A DNA stretch of 36,744 nucleotides, taken from positions 1-36,744 of the forward strand of contig CALQZW010000002.1 of assembly GCA_943350045.1 (NCBI GenBank). The letters run 5' to 3'. Source of the stretch: Candidatus Nomurabacteria bacterium (GTDB lineage: Bacteria; Patescibacteriota; Minisyncoccia; Phycocordibacterales; UBA9973). Both the position numbers and the translations under genes were made by a program. Shown piece after piece: positions 1 through 9,358 of this stretch. The notes under the pieces are model-generated. The model did no database searches, was not told where the DNA came from, and was given only the letters and a program-made list of their open reading frames with translations. Numbering within the stretch: position 1 is the first letter of the stretch; each line of letters begins with the position of its first letter.

Positions 1-2
1 GC

Positions 3-74
3 GCAGTGAAGGGAATGCTTCCAGCAAATCGCCTTCGCCCAGTTATTATGAAGAACCTTACCGTAACAGAGTAA
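3..74 (+). CDS. rplM: 50S ribosomal protein L13, C-terminal fragment (truncated by window edge)
   Basis: Translates to AVKGMLPANRLRPVIMKNLTVTE*, containing the L13 'GMLP' motif; lies directly upstream of rpsI as in the usual rplM-rpsI operon. Confidence 0.9.
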   Translation, partial: AVKGMLPANRLRPVIMKNLTVTE

Positions 75-78
75 TTGT

Positions 79-480
79 ATGTCAGAAAAGAAACAGTACA
101 CTGAGAAAATCGGACGCCGCAAGACAAGTACTTGCCGCGTACGCGTAACACCAAGTACGAAGAGTTCATTTATCGTCAATGGTATTGACGTGAAAGAGTA
201 CTTCAAGACTCCTACGCTGACTAAGGTTGTAAATGATGCAATCAAGCTCGCAGACCGCGAAGAGAAATATGAGATTTCTGTAGTGGTTAACGGCGGAGGA
301 ATTCATTCACAGGCTGAAGCAGTACGCCACGGTCTCGCTCGCTACTTCTCTGAATTTTCAGAAGAGACAAAGACTAAGCTCAAGAAAGAAGGCTTCCTCA
401 AGCGTGACCCACGTTCAAAGGAGCGCCGAAAGTTCGGTCTCAAGAAGGCCCGCAAAGCCCCACAGTGGTCAAAGCGTTAA
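79..480 (+). CDS. rpsI: 30S ribosomal protein S9
   Basis: GRRKTS, GGGIHSQAEAVRHGLAR and RDPRSKERRKFGLKKARKAPQWSKR motifs. Confidence 0.99.
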   Translation: MSEKKQYTEKIGRRKTSTCRVRVTPSTKSSFIVNGIDVKEYFKTPTLTKVVNDAIKLADREEKYEISVVVNGGGIHSQAEAVRHGLARYFSEFSEETKTKLKKEGFLKRDPRSKERRKFGLKKARKAPQWSKR

Positions 481-494
481 GCTCTCGTTTTCTC

Positions 495-522
495 AAAAAA
501 CACCCAGAAATGGGTGTTTTTT
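495..522 (+). terminator. Intrinsic terminator after rpsI
   Basis: AAAAAACACCCA-gaaa-TGGGTGTTTTTT hairpin with T-tract. Confidence 0.85.
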
Positions 523-539
523 ATTGTGTATAAGGGGTA

Positions 540-568
540 TTGACTATATATCATATTGGTGATATAAT
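540..568 (+). promoter_or_regulatory. Sigma70-type promoter for orphan 603..935
   Basis: TTGACT-17 bp-TATAAT, with TG extension. Confidence 0.75.
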
Positions 569-602
569 ATGAATATTCTTTCACAATTAAAAACAATAAA
601 AC

Positions 603-935
603 GTGAACAACACAGAAACTGCGAGAATTCGCATGAGTATCGAGACACATGCCTCACAAAAATATAGTGAGGTAATGATTAATGTAGTATTATTGACAAT
701 CCTTGGATTGGGGCTTCTGATTTGGAGTGAGGTCTATCCATCGATGATATTTGCGCTTAAGGTTATTTGCAAAATAGCCGTAACTTTCTTCACTGGTTGT
801 TTCGGATATATTCTTGTTCAACATTCACGTAAGCTTAAAGCAAACAAGAATCAGTTAATCGAGATTCTTCGCGATTCCACTTCGGAAGAAGATTTTTGGA
901 ATAACGAAAAAGTTGGAGAAATAATGTATTCTTAG
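603..935 (+). CDS. Hypothetical membrane protein (2 TM)
   Basis: 110-aa ORF with two hydrophobic stretches, own promoter and downstream terminator; start uncertain (GTG 603 or ATG 633). Confidence 0.65.
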   Translation: MNNTETARIRMSIETHASQKYSEVMINVVLLTILGLGLLIWSEVYPSMIFALKVICKIAVTFFTGCFGYILVQHSRKLKANKNQLIEILRDSTSEEDFWNNEKVGEIMYS

Positions 936-957
936 AATTAAACTATGTGTAGTTACG

Positions 958-987
958 ACCACCTCAGAACATCGAGGTGGTTTTTTT
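958..987 (+). terminator. Intrinsic terminator
   Basis: ACCACCTC-N8-GAGGTGGT followed by T-run. Confidence 0.75.
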
Positions 988-1006
988 ATTTTGCTATACT
1001 CTAGGC

Positions 1007-1276
1007 ATGCAGTCATTTACTGAAAAAGTCATCGCTATTGTACAAGCGATTCCAAAAGGCAAGACAATGACATACAAAGAGGTTGCACAAAAGGCAGGCA
1101 GTCCAGGCGCTTCTCGGGCTGTTGGATCTATCATGAAGGCAAATTATAACCCAAGCATTCCATGTCACCGTGTGGTGCGTTCTGACGGCATTGTGGGGGA
1201 ATATAACAGAGGCAGGGAAGAGAAAATCCGTAAACTCATAGCCGAAGGAGCGCTTCCGAAAGGTACTCTCCGTTAA
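1007..1276 (+). CDS. MGMT family O6-alkylguanine-DNA alkyltransferase (minimal single domain)
   Basis: IPKGKTMTYKEVA, RAVG and PCHRV active-site motif with Cys; ATG 1007 preferred over GTG 977, which lies inside the terminator. Confidence 0.92.
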   Translation: MQSFTEKVIAIVQAIPKGKTMTYKEVAQKAGSPGASRAVGSIMKANYNPSIPCHRVVRSDGIVGEYNRGREEKIRKLIAEGALPKGTLR

Positions 1277-1310
1277 TGCCAAGCCCTATCATTTTTGGTA
1301 TACTAAAGAC

Positions 1311-1724
1311 ATGAAAATACAGTTAAACCTTACAACTTCTATTGTCATCGTTGTTGCCACTATTGTTGGATTTTTCTTCTTACTTAACCGTGAAGTTCCC
1401 GAGTCTACTCGTGCAAATACTCCTTCGCAGGTGGCAGAAAAAATCGCCGTTGGTCCTGAGGATCTACAGGTCTCATTTTCTTGTCAGGCAGGTAAAAGTA
1501 TTCTCGCAGTATTTCATCTCACTGCAACACGTGAGCTTGATATTGCGCTTTCAGATGGCCGAATCATTAGCATGCAATATGTTGCAAACGACGAGAACCC
1601 TCACTACGAAACCACTGACGGCAAGATTCGTTTCTGGTCTACTGGAGACGTAACATTCCTTACTGAAGACGGTCAACAAACATATTCTGAATGTGTGCTG
1701 GCGAATGGGCCGATGGGGGTTTAG
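1311..1724 (+). CDS. MliC/PliC-like membrane-anchored protein
   Basis: N-terminal TM; F-S-C...LSDGR...FWSTGD...C pattern resembling MliC. Confidence 0.65.
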   Translation: MKIQLNLTTSIVIVVATIVGFFFLLNREVPESTRANTPSQVAEKIAVGPEDLQVSFSCQAGKSILAVFHLTATRELDIALSDGRIISMQYVANDENPHYETTDGKIRFWSTGDVTFLTEDGQQTYSECVLANGPMGV

Positions 1725-1745
1725 TTATTCCACAAAATGTATCTG

Positions 1746-1776
1746 AAATCCGTAGCACTGCGTTACGGATTTTTTT
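1746..1776 (+). terminator. Intrinsic terminator
   Basis: AAATCCGTA...TACGGATTT plus T-run. Confidence 0.7.
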
Positions 1777-1824
1777 CATGAAAATTTTAGAATGTTCTTA
1801 TGACAGATTTTGCATACTATGGGT

Positions 1825-4800
1825 ATGGAAAATTCACGTAATGCAATTCTGGTAGGGTTCTGGTGCACATTATCACTCGTGTATGCAATGACAGCTAGTG
1901 TTCCGTTTGCTCGTGCTGAGACTCTTGTTCCGCGTGATCTTCGTATATCTGAAGACACAACATGGAGTCTGGCAGGAAGCCCGTACATCGTCTCTGGAAG
2001 GCCTGTAGTGAGCTCTGGAGTCACTCTGACAATTGAGCCAGGGGTTACAGTAAAGTTTACTCAAAATGAAAATAGCGGACTGGAAGTCGCGGGAAAAATT
2101 TCCGCAGTCGGCTCTGAGAGCGACCCGATTGTCTTTACTACAATGAAAGAAAACTATCCCGGCATTTCTGAGTACAACGGAATTGGAATTCTCACAGGAG
2201 GTATTGCCGACTTTAAGCATATTAAAGTTCTTCATGCTCAATATGCGATTTACGGAACAAAATCTACTATTACTCTTGAAGACTCATTTATCGCCGACGC
2301 ATATCACGGAATGTCTGCGACAGACAGTGCTCTTACGCTCAATCGAAACACGTTCATTCGTCTTGATCGACCGGTGATTATAGACACGGGAACGGCTGGT
2401 CGGTTGAGTAATAGCAATAACACAATTACGGAAAGTCGGTACGATCCAAACGGAATTCGTATTCTCTCGGGCGTGACAGACCCGCATCAGATTGAACTAA
2501 AGAAGGACGTTCCATATATTTTTACCGGAGGTATGCAGTTCGATTCAAATTTCAGTAGATTGCTTGTGCAAGAAGGTGCTGAAATTCAAATGGCGCTTTG
2601 GAATGGAGCAGGTTCAGCTGATAGAAGTTTAAACTTTAGAAATGGGCAGTATTTAACCGTACAGGGAACAAAGGAAAACCCCGTAAAGTTTAATGGAATT
2701 ATTCGCGCAAGTTTTGGTTCAATATTGCAACTAAAACATGCCGAGCTCTCAAACTACTCAGGCGCAGTTCTAACAATTAGTCATGGGGCAAAGCTCGATG
2801 CGCAGCAGTCTCGTATATATGGCGGGGCGAGTATTGGAGTTGTGAGTATGAACGATGCGATTGTAACGCTTACCGAAACCGACATGGAAGATGTGCGTAT
2901 CGGAATTCAGGTATCAGACGGAGGAAAGGCTTCGATGCTTGCGGGGAAGATAACAGGAGCAGAGTATGCAGTGTTTTTGGCGGGAGGAGGAGAGATTAGT
3001 CTGCATAGTGCTTCTGTGACAGGAAATCAAAAAGGAATATATTCCAAGGATACATCTGCTAAAGGAGACAATACTGTACGAGTATTTCAAAGTACGATAT
3101 CCAACAACGGTACTGGTTTTGTTTTAGAAGACGCGATTCCGTTCATCTTTCAAAACACAATCGAGAACAATGGAATAGGAGCACAGGCTCTAGATGATGG
3201 ACCTGTGGTGGGAATGGAAAACAACTGGTGGGGAGATACAACTGGTCCATATAATGCAGAAACAAACTCTGAAGGACTGGGTAATTCAGTAACACAGAAA
3301 ATCGATTTTGACCCATGGCTTGGAGAGCGTGCCTTTGAGTCACCGACAGATGGTGGTTCTGACGATGGAGGCGGTGATACTGGTGGGGGTACTGACGGAG
3401 GAGGAAATGGAGATGATGGCGGAGAAGATGAAGAGACTCCTCCTGCTCTGACTCCCGTACTCCTTATTCCAGGAAACATGGGAAGTGAGCTAATTAAAAA
3501 CTACGGAGATTCTGCCGAGGCCTGGCTCAATCTTACTCGCCTTATCCTCTCACCAACAGATGCGTTTTTGAACGAACTCGCACTCCTGCCAAATGGAATA
3601 GAAGATTCTGCTCGCCCGATGAAGATTGGGGAAATGATACGATCGGTCACTCCGCCAATTGGTGATGAAGTCTCTATTTACAACAATCTGATTAAAACAT
3701 TTATCGACGCCGGATATGTCGAAGGAGAGTCCCTGTTTGTTTTTCCGTACGATTGGCGAATGAGTGTCTCGACCATTGCACCGCTTCTTGCGACGAAAAT
3801 ATATGAAATACAATCTGAAACAAATGCTCCAAAAGTGCACCTTGTGGGACACAGTATGGGTGGGTTGGTAGCAAAGCAGTATATGGCAGATTTCGGGGGC
3901 GAAGCGGTGGCCTCTGTTGCGTTCATTGGAACACCACACCTCGGATCAATGAAGGCCACGAAAATGCTTTTGTACGGAGACAGTATGGGGCTTGGTATTG
4001 GGAAAGTTAAAGTACTTAATGCAAATAGAGCAAAGACAATTTCTCAGAACATGCCGGGAGTATATGACTTACTACCGAGTAAAAAATATACCGAACTTGC
4101 TCGGGAAGCACTGTTTTCTCACTATGATTCAGAAGAAGCACACACAACTATTCTCGGGTATGATCACGAGAATACAAAAGGGTACATGGTTTCAGCTGGA
4201 AGCAATGAACAGCTCATTCCGAGGTCAGAAATTGTACATGAAGAAATCGATTCATTCTCTGCTGGAAGTATTCCCGTATACAATTTTGTTGGATGTACTG
4301 AAGGTGGACAGGATTCGGCGACGATAAGTGCAATACAACTCAAGAATCGTATGGCACTCGGTCTCGACGGCAAGAAGCGAATCAAGAGTGACTATCAACT
4401 CTTGTATACGAGTGGCGATGGAATCGTGTCGAGCCTCTCGGCTAGTAGCGTGCCGGCATCGCAAACATACATGGTGAAAGATACATCGCACACCAGCTTG
4501 CCGTCATCAAGTGGTCTAGGTTCGGTTTTACTCGCATACTATAAACAGGAAACACCTGTACTCTCTGGTGCGGTGAGTGCTATGACAACTGAATGTTCTG
4601 TCTTGGGAAAGGCAATCAGTATTCATGGCCCTGTGCATGTTTCAGTTGTAGATGCAGGTGGTAATAAAACCGAAGCTGACGCTGACGGAACGATAACTGA
4701 GGCAATTACGGGAGTGAGCTACACTCAAATCGATGACGTTACTTTTGTGTACGTTCCGCATGCTTTTACAGGAGAAATTCAAATTACTCCAAAAGAGTCT

Positions 4801-5778
4801 CCGGCAAGTTTTGATGTATATGTACGATCACTTTCCGCTACTGCAGAAGTAGAAAGTCAGACACTATTCTCGCAGATTCCAATACAGACTGGTTCTGTAT
4901 ATTCACTCGCGATTAGTCCAGCGCAGGAAGTGAGTGTTGTTTTAGAAGAAGAGCAAGACTCGACAATGCTAAGTCATGCAATTACTGCTCAAGTGAGTGG
5001 AGAAGAGTCTTCAGATATTACACCGCCTGCGACTTCTGTTTCAGTAGAAAATGGCACAGTTACTTTGGTTTCGACCGATGGTCTCGCTGGAGTACTACGT
5101 ACAGAATACTCAGAAAACCAAGAGGATTGGACTGCGTATACTGAACCATTCAATGCGTCCGGAAAGCGGATTTGGTACATGGCAACGGACATGGCTGGGA
5201 ACATAGAAGAGGTGCAGTATGTAGATGTTCCAGAAGTTGAAATTGTCTCCGGTGGAGATGGGCAAAATGATGGTGGTGAAGGTGGTACTGGTGACGATGA
5301 AGATTCCGGCACAACATCGGGTGGTGGAGGAGGCACAAGTACTGGCGGTGGAGGTACTGCAAGCGGTGGCGGATATGGTGGAGGCTACACTGGCGGATAT
5401 GGCGGAACAATTGATGATGAAACGAACCCAATACCAACGCCCGAGCCTCAGCCTGAAATAATTCCTGATACTGAAGAAACCACTCCGGAAGTCAGTGAAC
5501 CTATTACTGAAATACTGCCAATGACTGCAATCGAGTTTCGTTCTGAAGTCGCTCGTTTTGCAGTGCCAAGAAAACTTGTCACTCCGGATACTAGTCTCGC
5601 GCAAAAAGCGGATACGGTAGAGAAGGCTGTTCCAGCCGTCTCGGCAAGTGTTGGCAGTGTTTGGATTTCCCAAGCAACCAAGGTTGCCCTGAGTGTATTG
5701 AGTTTATTGCTAATTGTGATTATCATTATCCTTGTGAAGGCAATACGAAAGGAAGAGGATCACTATTTACAAACATAA
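1825..5778 (+). CDS. Large surface protein: parallel beta-helix + LCAT/PGAP1-like alpha/beta hydrolase + Ig-like domain + C-terminal TM anchor
   Basis: Signal-like N-terminus, TTWSLAGSPY/TLTIEPGVTVKF and NNWWG..TGP beta-helix motifs, PVLLIPG, FPYDWR, GHSMGG, GTPHLGS, GDGIV, Gly/acidic linkers, hydrophobic C-terminal helix; start uncertain (1810/1819/1825). Confidence 0.85.
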   Translation: MENSRNAILVGFWCTLSLVYAMTASVPFARAETLVPRDLRISEDTTWSLAGSPYIVSGRPVVSSGVTLTIEPGVTVKFTQNENSGLEVAGKISAVGSESDPIVFTTMKENYPGISEYNGIGILTGGIADFKHIKVLHAQYAIYGTKSTITLEDSFIADAYHGMSATDSALTLNRNTFIRLDRPVIIDTGTAGRLSNSNNTITESRYDPNGIRILSGVTDPHQIELKKDVPYIFTGGMQFDSNFSRLLVQEGAEIQMALWNGAGSADRSLNFRNGQYLTVQGTKENPVKFNGIIRASFGSILQLKHAELSNYSGAVLTISHGAKLDAQQSRIYGGASIGVVSMNDAIVTLTETDMEDVRIGIQVSDGGKASMLAGKITGAEYAVFLAGGGEISLHSASVTGNQKGIYSKDTSAKGDNTVRVFQSTISNNGTGFVLEDAIPFIFQNTIENNGIGAQALDDGPVVGMENNWWGDTTGPYNAETNSEGLGNSVTQKIDFDPWLGERAFESPTDGGSDDGGGDTGGGTDGGGNGDDGGEDEETPPALTPVLLIPGNMGSELIKNYGDSAEAWLNLTRLILSPTDAFLNELALLPNGIEDSARPMKIGEMIRSVTPPIGDEVSIYNNLIKTFIDAGYVEGESLFVFPYDWRMSVSTIAPLLATKIYEIQSETNAPKVHLVGHSMGGLVAKQYMADFGGEAVASVAFIGTPHLGSMKATKMLLYGDSMGLGIGKVKVLNANRAKTISQNMPGVYDLLPSKKYTELAREALFSHYDSEEAHTTILGYDHENTKGYMVSAGSNEQLIPRSEIVHEEIDSFSAGSIPVYNFVGCTEGGQDSATISAIQLKNRMALGLDGKKRIKSDYQLLYTSGDGIVSSLSASSVPASQTYMVKDTSHTSLPSSSGLGSVLLAYYKQETPVLSGAVSAMTTECSVLGKAISIHGPVHVSVVDAGGNKTEADADGTITEAITGVSYTQIDDVTFVYVPHAFTGEIQITPKESPASFDVYVRSLSATAEVESQTLFSQIPIQTGSVYSLAISPAQEVSVVLEEEQDSTMLSHAITAQVSGEESSDITPPATSVSVENGTVTLVSTDGLAGVLRTEYSENQEDWTAYTEPFNASGKRIWYMATDMAGNIEEVQYVDVPEVEIVSGGDGQNDGGEGGTGDDEDSGTTSGGGGGTSTGGGGTASGGGYGGGYTGGYGGTIDDETNPIPTPEPQPEIIPDTEETTPEVSEPITEILPMTAIEFRSEVARFAVPRKLVTPDTSLAQKADTVEKAVPAVSASVGSVWISQATKVALSVLSLLLIVIIIILVKAIRKEEDHYLQT

Positions 5779-5810
5779 CACTCCGTACAGCACTGTACGA
5801 AAAAAAACAG

Positions 5811-6359
5811 ATGGAAACACAGACAATAGTATTTGGTGGAGGATGTTTTTGGTGCACTGAGGCAGTCTTTCAGTCACTTCGTGGAGTCATATCAGTGGAG
5901 CCTGGATACGCAGGTGGAACTACTGAAAATCCGACATATGAAGACATTTGCACGGGTACGACAGGACATGCCGAAGTTGTGCGTATTGTATACAATCCGC
6001 AGGAAGTGAGTACAGAAGATCTGCTCACCGTCTTCTTTGCAACCCACGACCCAACACAGCTCAACAAACAGGGAAATGATGTCGGAACGCAATACCGCTC
6101 CGTTGTGTTCTTTACTACTGCCGAACAAGAATCTCTCGCAAAGAGTGTCATAGCGGATATTCAGAGTTCTTCAGATTTAGGCGGACCGATTGTTACTGAA
6201 GTGCTTCCGCTTCCAACTTTCTATCCTGCCGAGGAATACCACAAAAACTACTTCGCTCGCAATCCAGAGAAGGCGTACTGTCAGATTGTCATCAACCCAA
6301 AGATTGCAAAAGTGCAGGAAAAGTTTGCACAGCTTCTCGTTTCCAATTCTGCGAAATAG
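5811..6359 (+). CDS. msrA: Peptide-methionine (S)-S-oxide reductase
   Basis: GGGCFWC, TGHAEVV, QGNDVGTQYRS and FYPAEEYH motifs; ATG 5811. Confidence 0.97.
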   Translation: METQTIVFGGGCFWCTEAVFQSLRGVISVEPGYAGGTTENPTYEDICTGTTGHAEVVRIVYNPQEVSTEDLLTVFFATHDPTQLNKQGNDVGTQYRSVVFFTTAEQESLAKSVIADIQSSSDLGGPIVTEVLPLPTFYPAEEYHKNYFARNPEKAYCQIVINPKIAKVQEKFAQLLVSNSAK

Positions 6360-6374
6360 CAGTACAATGGGTAG

Positions 6375-7607
6375 ATGAACGAACGTTCACAAGCCCCATA
6401 TATTCTGCACGCCGACGGAGACTCGTTCTTTGTGGCCTGTGAGCTTACAAAACGCCCTGACCTTGTTGGTAAGCCTGTTATTGTAGGCGAAGACCGTGGT
6501 ATCGCGGCGGCTATGAGCTATGAAGCCAAAAAGATGGGAGTAACTCGCGCCATGTCTGTTTTTGAGATTAAGCGACTATATCCAGAAGTCGTGATTTTAA
6601 ACCACAGCTTTGCGCTGTATCGAGAAATTTCTGACAAGATGTATGAGATTATTTCTTCGTACCTCGACGTCGTCCAGCGGTACAGTATTGATGAATGTTT
6701 TGCCGAAGTGTCGCACGCTGATATTCGTTTCTATGGAGGTCTTGAAAAACTCGCGCATACAATCCAAGATGACATCCGACACCAGCTCGGAGTGACATAT
6801 TCATTTGGAATTGGGCGCACAAAATCTTTGGCAAAAATTGCATCCAAGATGCGAAAGCCAAATGGCTGTGTTGTCATTGAAACCGAAGTGCAGGAAATCG
6901 AAGCACTCAAGAAAACTCCGATTGACGACGTGTGGGGTCTTGGCAGACGAACTTCGCCACGGCTCATAAACATGGGAATACATACGGCACATACGTTTAC
7001 TCAGTATTCATCTACAACTATTGCACGCTTTTTCTCCGAGCCCGTTGTCGATATTCAGCAAGAACTTCTTGGGAACAGGCGCCTGCATGTCGAAGGCTCT
7101 CACGATCCGCGAGACCAGAAGTCACTCCAGAGTACGAGTACGTTTCGTCCATCATCAAACATTCCATCTGTGATTTGGTCCGAACTCGCAGAGAATATCG
7201 AACACGCATGTCGCCGTGCGCGTAAGCTCGGACTGCAGACAAAACAGATTTCCTTCTTTGTAAAAAGTCGTGAGTTTGTGTACCGCACTGCCGATGTTCG
7301 TTTGTCTCATTACACGTCTGAACCGGGTGCAATCTTAAATGCAATCGAGCAGGCTTTTGCAGAAATATTGATAGAAGGAGAAATGATACGTGCAACTGGA
7401 ATCACTCTGCAGTCTTTGGTGAAAGTTGAACACGTGCAAGACGATCTGTTTGGCCTCCAGAGAGATTCTCAGAAAGTAGTGGACGTAGAACTGGCTGTAG
7501 ATGGTATGCGAAAAAAATATGGCAACGGTGCTGTTCGCCGAGTCTCGTCGCTTCGGGCGAAAACGCACACTGATTTCGACGCTTTTCACCCTCGGGCACA
7601 AATTTGA
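6375..7607 (+). CDS. Y-family translesion DNA polymerase (DinB/UmuC-like)
   Basis: LHADGDSFF, SYEAK, YSIDE, LAKIAS..KPNG, VWGLG and clamp-binding-like QDDLF motifs. Confidence 0.93.
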   Translation: MNERSQAPYILHADGDSFFVACELTKRPDLVGKPVIVGEDRGIAAAMSYEAKKMGVTRAMSVFEIKRLYPEVVILNHSFALYREISDKMYEIISSYLDVVQRYSIDECFAEVSHADIRFYGGLEKLAHTIQDDIRHQLGVTYSFGIGRTKSLAKIASKMRKPNGCVVIETEVQEIEALKKTPIDDVWGLGRRTSPRLINMGIHTAHTFTQYSSTTIARFFSEPVVDIQQELLGNRRLHVEGSHDPRDQKSLQSTSTFRPSSNIPSVIWSELAENIEHACRRARKLGLQTKQISFFVKSREFVYRTADVRLSHYTSEPGAILNAIEQAFAEILIEGEMIRATGITLQSLVKVEHVQDDLFGLQRDSQKVVDVELAVDGMRKKYGNGAVRRVSSLRAKTHTDFDAFHPRAQI

Positions 7608-7623
7608 TATACTGTCATGCAGT

Positions 7624-7980
7624 ATGTACCGAAAGCGCTACGAAGACTCATATTTAGATGCCGAGGAAGATGAATTCGGAGGAATGACTCTCAACGATGC
7701 CGACAAGGTTCTTTTTCTCGTGCGAAAGACGATAAAAGGAGAGAATGACCGTATGCTTATAGAAAAACTGACCGATCGCATGTGTGTACAAGCAGAACTC
7801 AACGGATCTATTGGTATAGGTGCCCTAGAAGGCCTAAAAAGCCTCGTAGACGGGTATTTCGATGCTCAGATGGTCAAAGAGGCGACTGAAACTCTGGCGC
7901 GTATTCTAGAGGTCGCTGAGCGTATTGGAGACAAAGAATTGTATTATTTTGCCACCGACAAAATGTTGGAAATAGTATAA
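7624..7980 (+). CDS. Hypothetical protein
   Basis: ORF fills the gap after the polymerase; ATG 7624 follows TGATATACT. Confidence 0.65.
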   Translation: MYRKRYEDSYLDAEEDEFGGMTLNDADKVLFLVRKTIKGENDRMLIEKLTDRMCVQAELNGSIGIGALEGLKSLVDGYFDAQMVKEATETLARILEVAERIGDKELYYFATDKMLEIV

Positions 7981-7992
7981 AGTAAGGGACAT

Positions 7993-8250
7993 ATGGAAAC
8001 ATCACAGGAAGAACAAAAGAAGGCAGTTATTAAACAGGAACTGCAGGAAAAAATGACGGGGTATATTGTCACCGCGCTCGGTATCGTTGCCGGACTTGCC
8101 TGGAACGACGCAATTTCTGAGGCGATCAAGATATTCTTTCCGATGGAATCGGGCTCACTCATCGCCAAGTTCGTATACGCAATCATTATCACAGTAGTCA
8201 TCGTGATTCTCTCTCGTTCGCTGATGCGAGTGCTTGGTCCGAAGAAATAG
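7993..8250 (+). CDS. Small membrane protein, DUF5654-like
   Basis: ALGIVAGLAWNDAI...KFVYAIIIT pattern, 2 TM. Confidence 0.75.
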   Translation: METSQEEQKKAVIKQELQEKMTGYIVTALGIVAGLAWNDAISEAIKIFFPMESGSLIAKFVYAIIITVVIVILSRSLMRVLGPKK

Positions 8251-8268
8251 CTCGGGCTTACACAAGGT

Positions 8269-8296
8269 TTGACTTTTCTGCATTTTAATGTATAAA
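8269..8296 (+). promoter_or_regulatory. Putative sigma70 promoter for orphan 8316..9290
   Basis: TTGACT-16 bp-TATAAA. Confidence 0.5.
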
Positions 8297-8315
8297 TAAG
8301 AAAAATCTTTTTCTT

Positions 8316-9290
8316 ATGATCATTGAAATAATGAATAATCGTTGCCCCATGCACTGTGGGCATTGCCCCCAAGTGATACAGAATCCAGAGGCAGGAAGTG
8401 AACGCATTCCTGAACTGTATGCAAAAATAACAAAACTTTCGGGAGTAACACCAATTGTCGTTTCTTTAAACAATAATACTTCAGATGTTATGCCTGAGAT
8501 AGAACGGTTAAAGATTCGAGACATTCAAGAACTTATTGTTGGATCGGTAATTATGCCGATAGCTCCTTTTCACGTCACGGATCTTTCGAGTCATTCATCG
8601 GTTAAGGGAAGGAACTTGCAACTTGTACATCTGCATAAAACGGCAGCATACAATACAAATCTGCTTAATATTTTGTCGCCGTTGATTGAAGTATTTGTTA
8701 ATAGCACTCTTAGCTCATTGCACATTGCGTTCAATGATAATTCAATGCCATTGGAGCGCTTTCGTACGAATGCACCCAGTATGATTGCAGAAAATAAGGA
8801 TTTCTATCAATCATTTCGCTCAGCTTGGACATTTGATGAATTTAGGAATCTGCAGAAAATAACAAAGACAGCGGAGTTTGAAGCTTATAGTAGCGAGGTA
8901 ATTTTTTGCTACGAAGGGCGGTACTTTATGTTTACTCGTCGTGTGGTATCTCTTACGAATAGTAAGACTAAAGACTTGGACTATTATAGTAACCTTGCGT
9001 ATCGAGATGTTGAAAAGGGTAGAATATTTTCTCCAAACGAGCTTAGTCTGTCAATCACTCCACTAGGTGTCCGTGTTAGTCATAGAACATGGGATATTGA
9101 AAATCCATATCTGTGGTTCACTCATGACGAGATCGGTGCACTCATGATGGGTAGGGATTTCCTTGGATTCTGTAATGTTCTGCGCGCCTTAGTCAACAAA
9201 ACAATTACGCTTGATCTGGGTTCTGTATTTCATGGAAAAATGAATGCTGAATTACTCTCAGAAATTGCGGGCATGCGAAAAATCGTATAA
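8316..9290 (+). CDS. Hypothetical protein with N-terminal CX3CX2C (radical-SAM-like) motif
   Basis: 324-aa AT-rich ORF starting MIIEIMNNRCPMHCGHCP. Confidence 0.7.
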   Translation: MIIEIMNNRCPMHCGHCPQVIQNPEAGSERIPELYAKITKLSGVTPIVVSLNNNTSDVMPEIERLKIRDIQELIVGSVIMPIAPFHVTDLSSHSSVKGRNLQLVHLHKTAAYNTNLLNILSPLIEVFVNSTLSSLHIAFNDNSMPLERFRTNAPSMIAENKDFYQSFRSAWTFDEFRNLQKITKTAEFEAYSSEVIFCYEGRYFMFTRRVVSLTNSKTKDLDYYSNLAYRDVEKGRIFSPNELSLSITPLGVRVSHRTWDIENPYLWFTHDEIGALMMGRDFLGFCNVLRALVNKTITLDLGSVFHGKMNAELLSEIAGMRKIV

Positions 9291-9310
9291 GGAATAATAA
9301 TCAGTAATGT

Positions 9311-9347
9311 AAAACGCTGTCTTTTAAAAAAAGACAGCGTTTTTTTT
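9311..9347. terminator. Bidirectional intrinsic terminator
   Basis: AAAACGCTGTCTTT...AAAGACAGCGTTTTTTTT between convergent genes. Confidence 0.85.
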
Positions 9348-9358
9348 GTGCGGGAGTA

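Noticed and set aside
5150..5673. Antisense and alternate-frame ORFs over the Gly-rich linkers of the large protein (also 3150..3479)
   Set aside because: Shadows of low-complexity GGN codons; the linkers are not true tandem DNA repeats
5661..5810. N-terminal extension of MsrA in the ORF track
   Set aside because: Overlaps the upstream gene; MsrA similarity begins at ATG 5811
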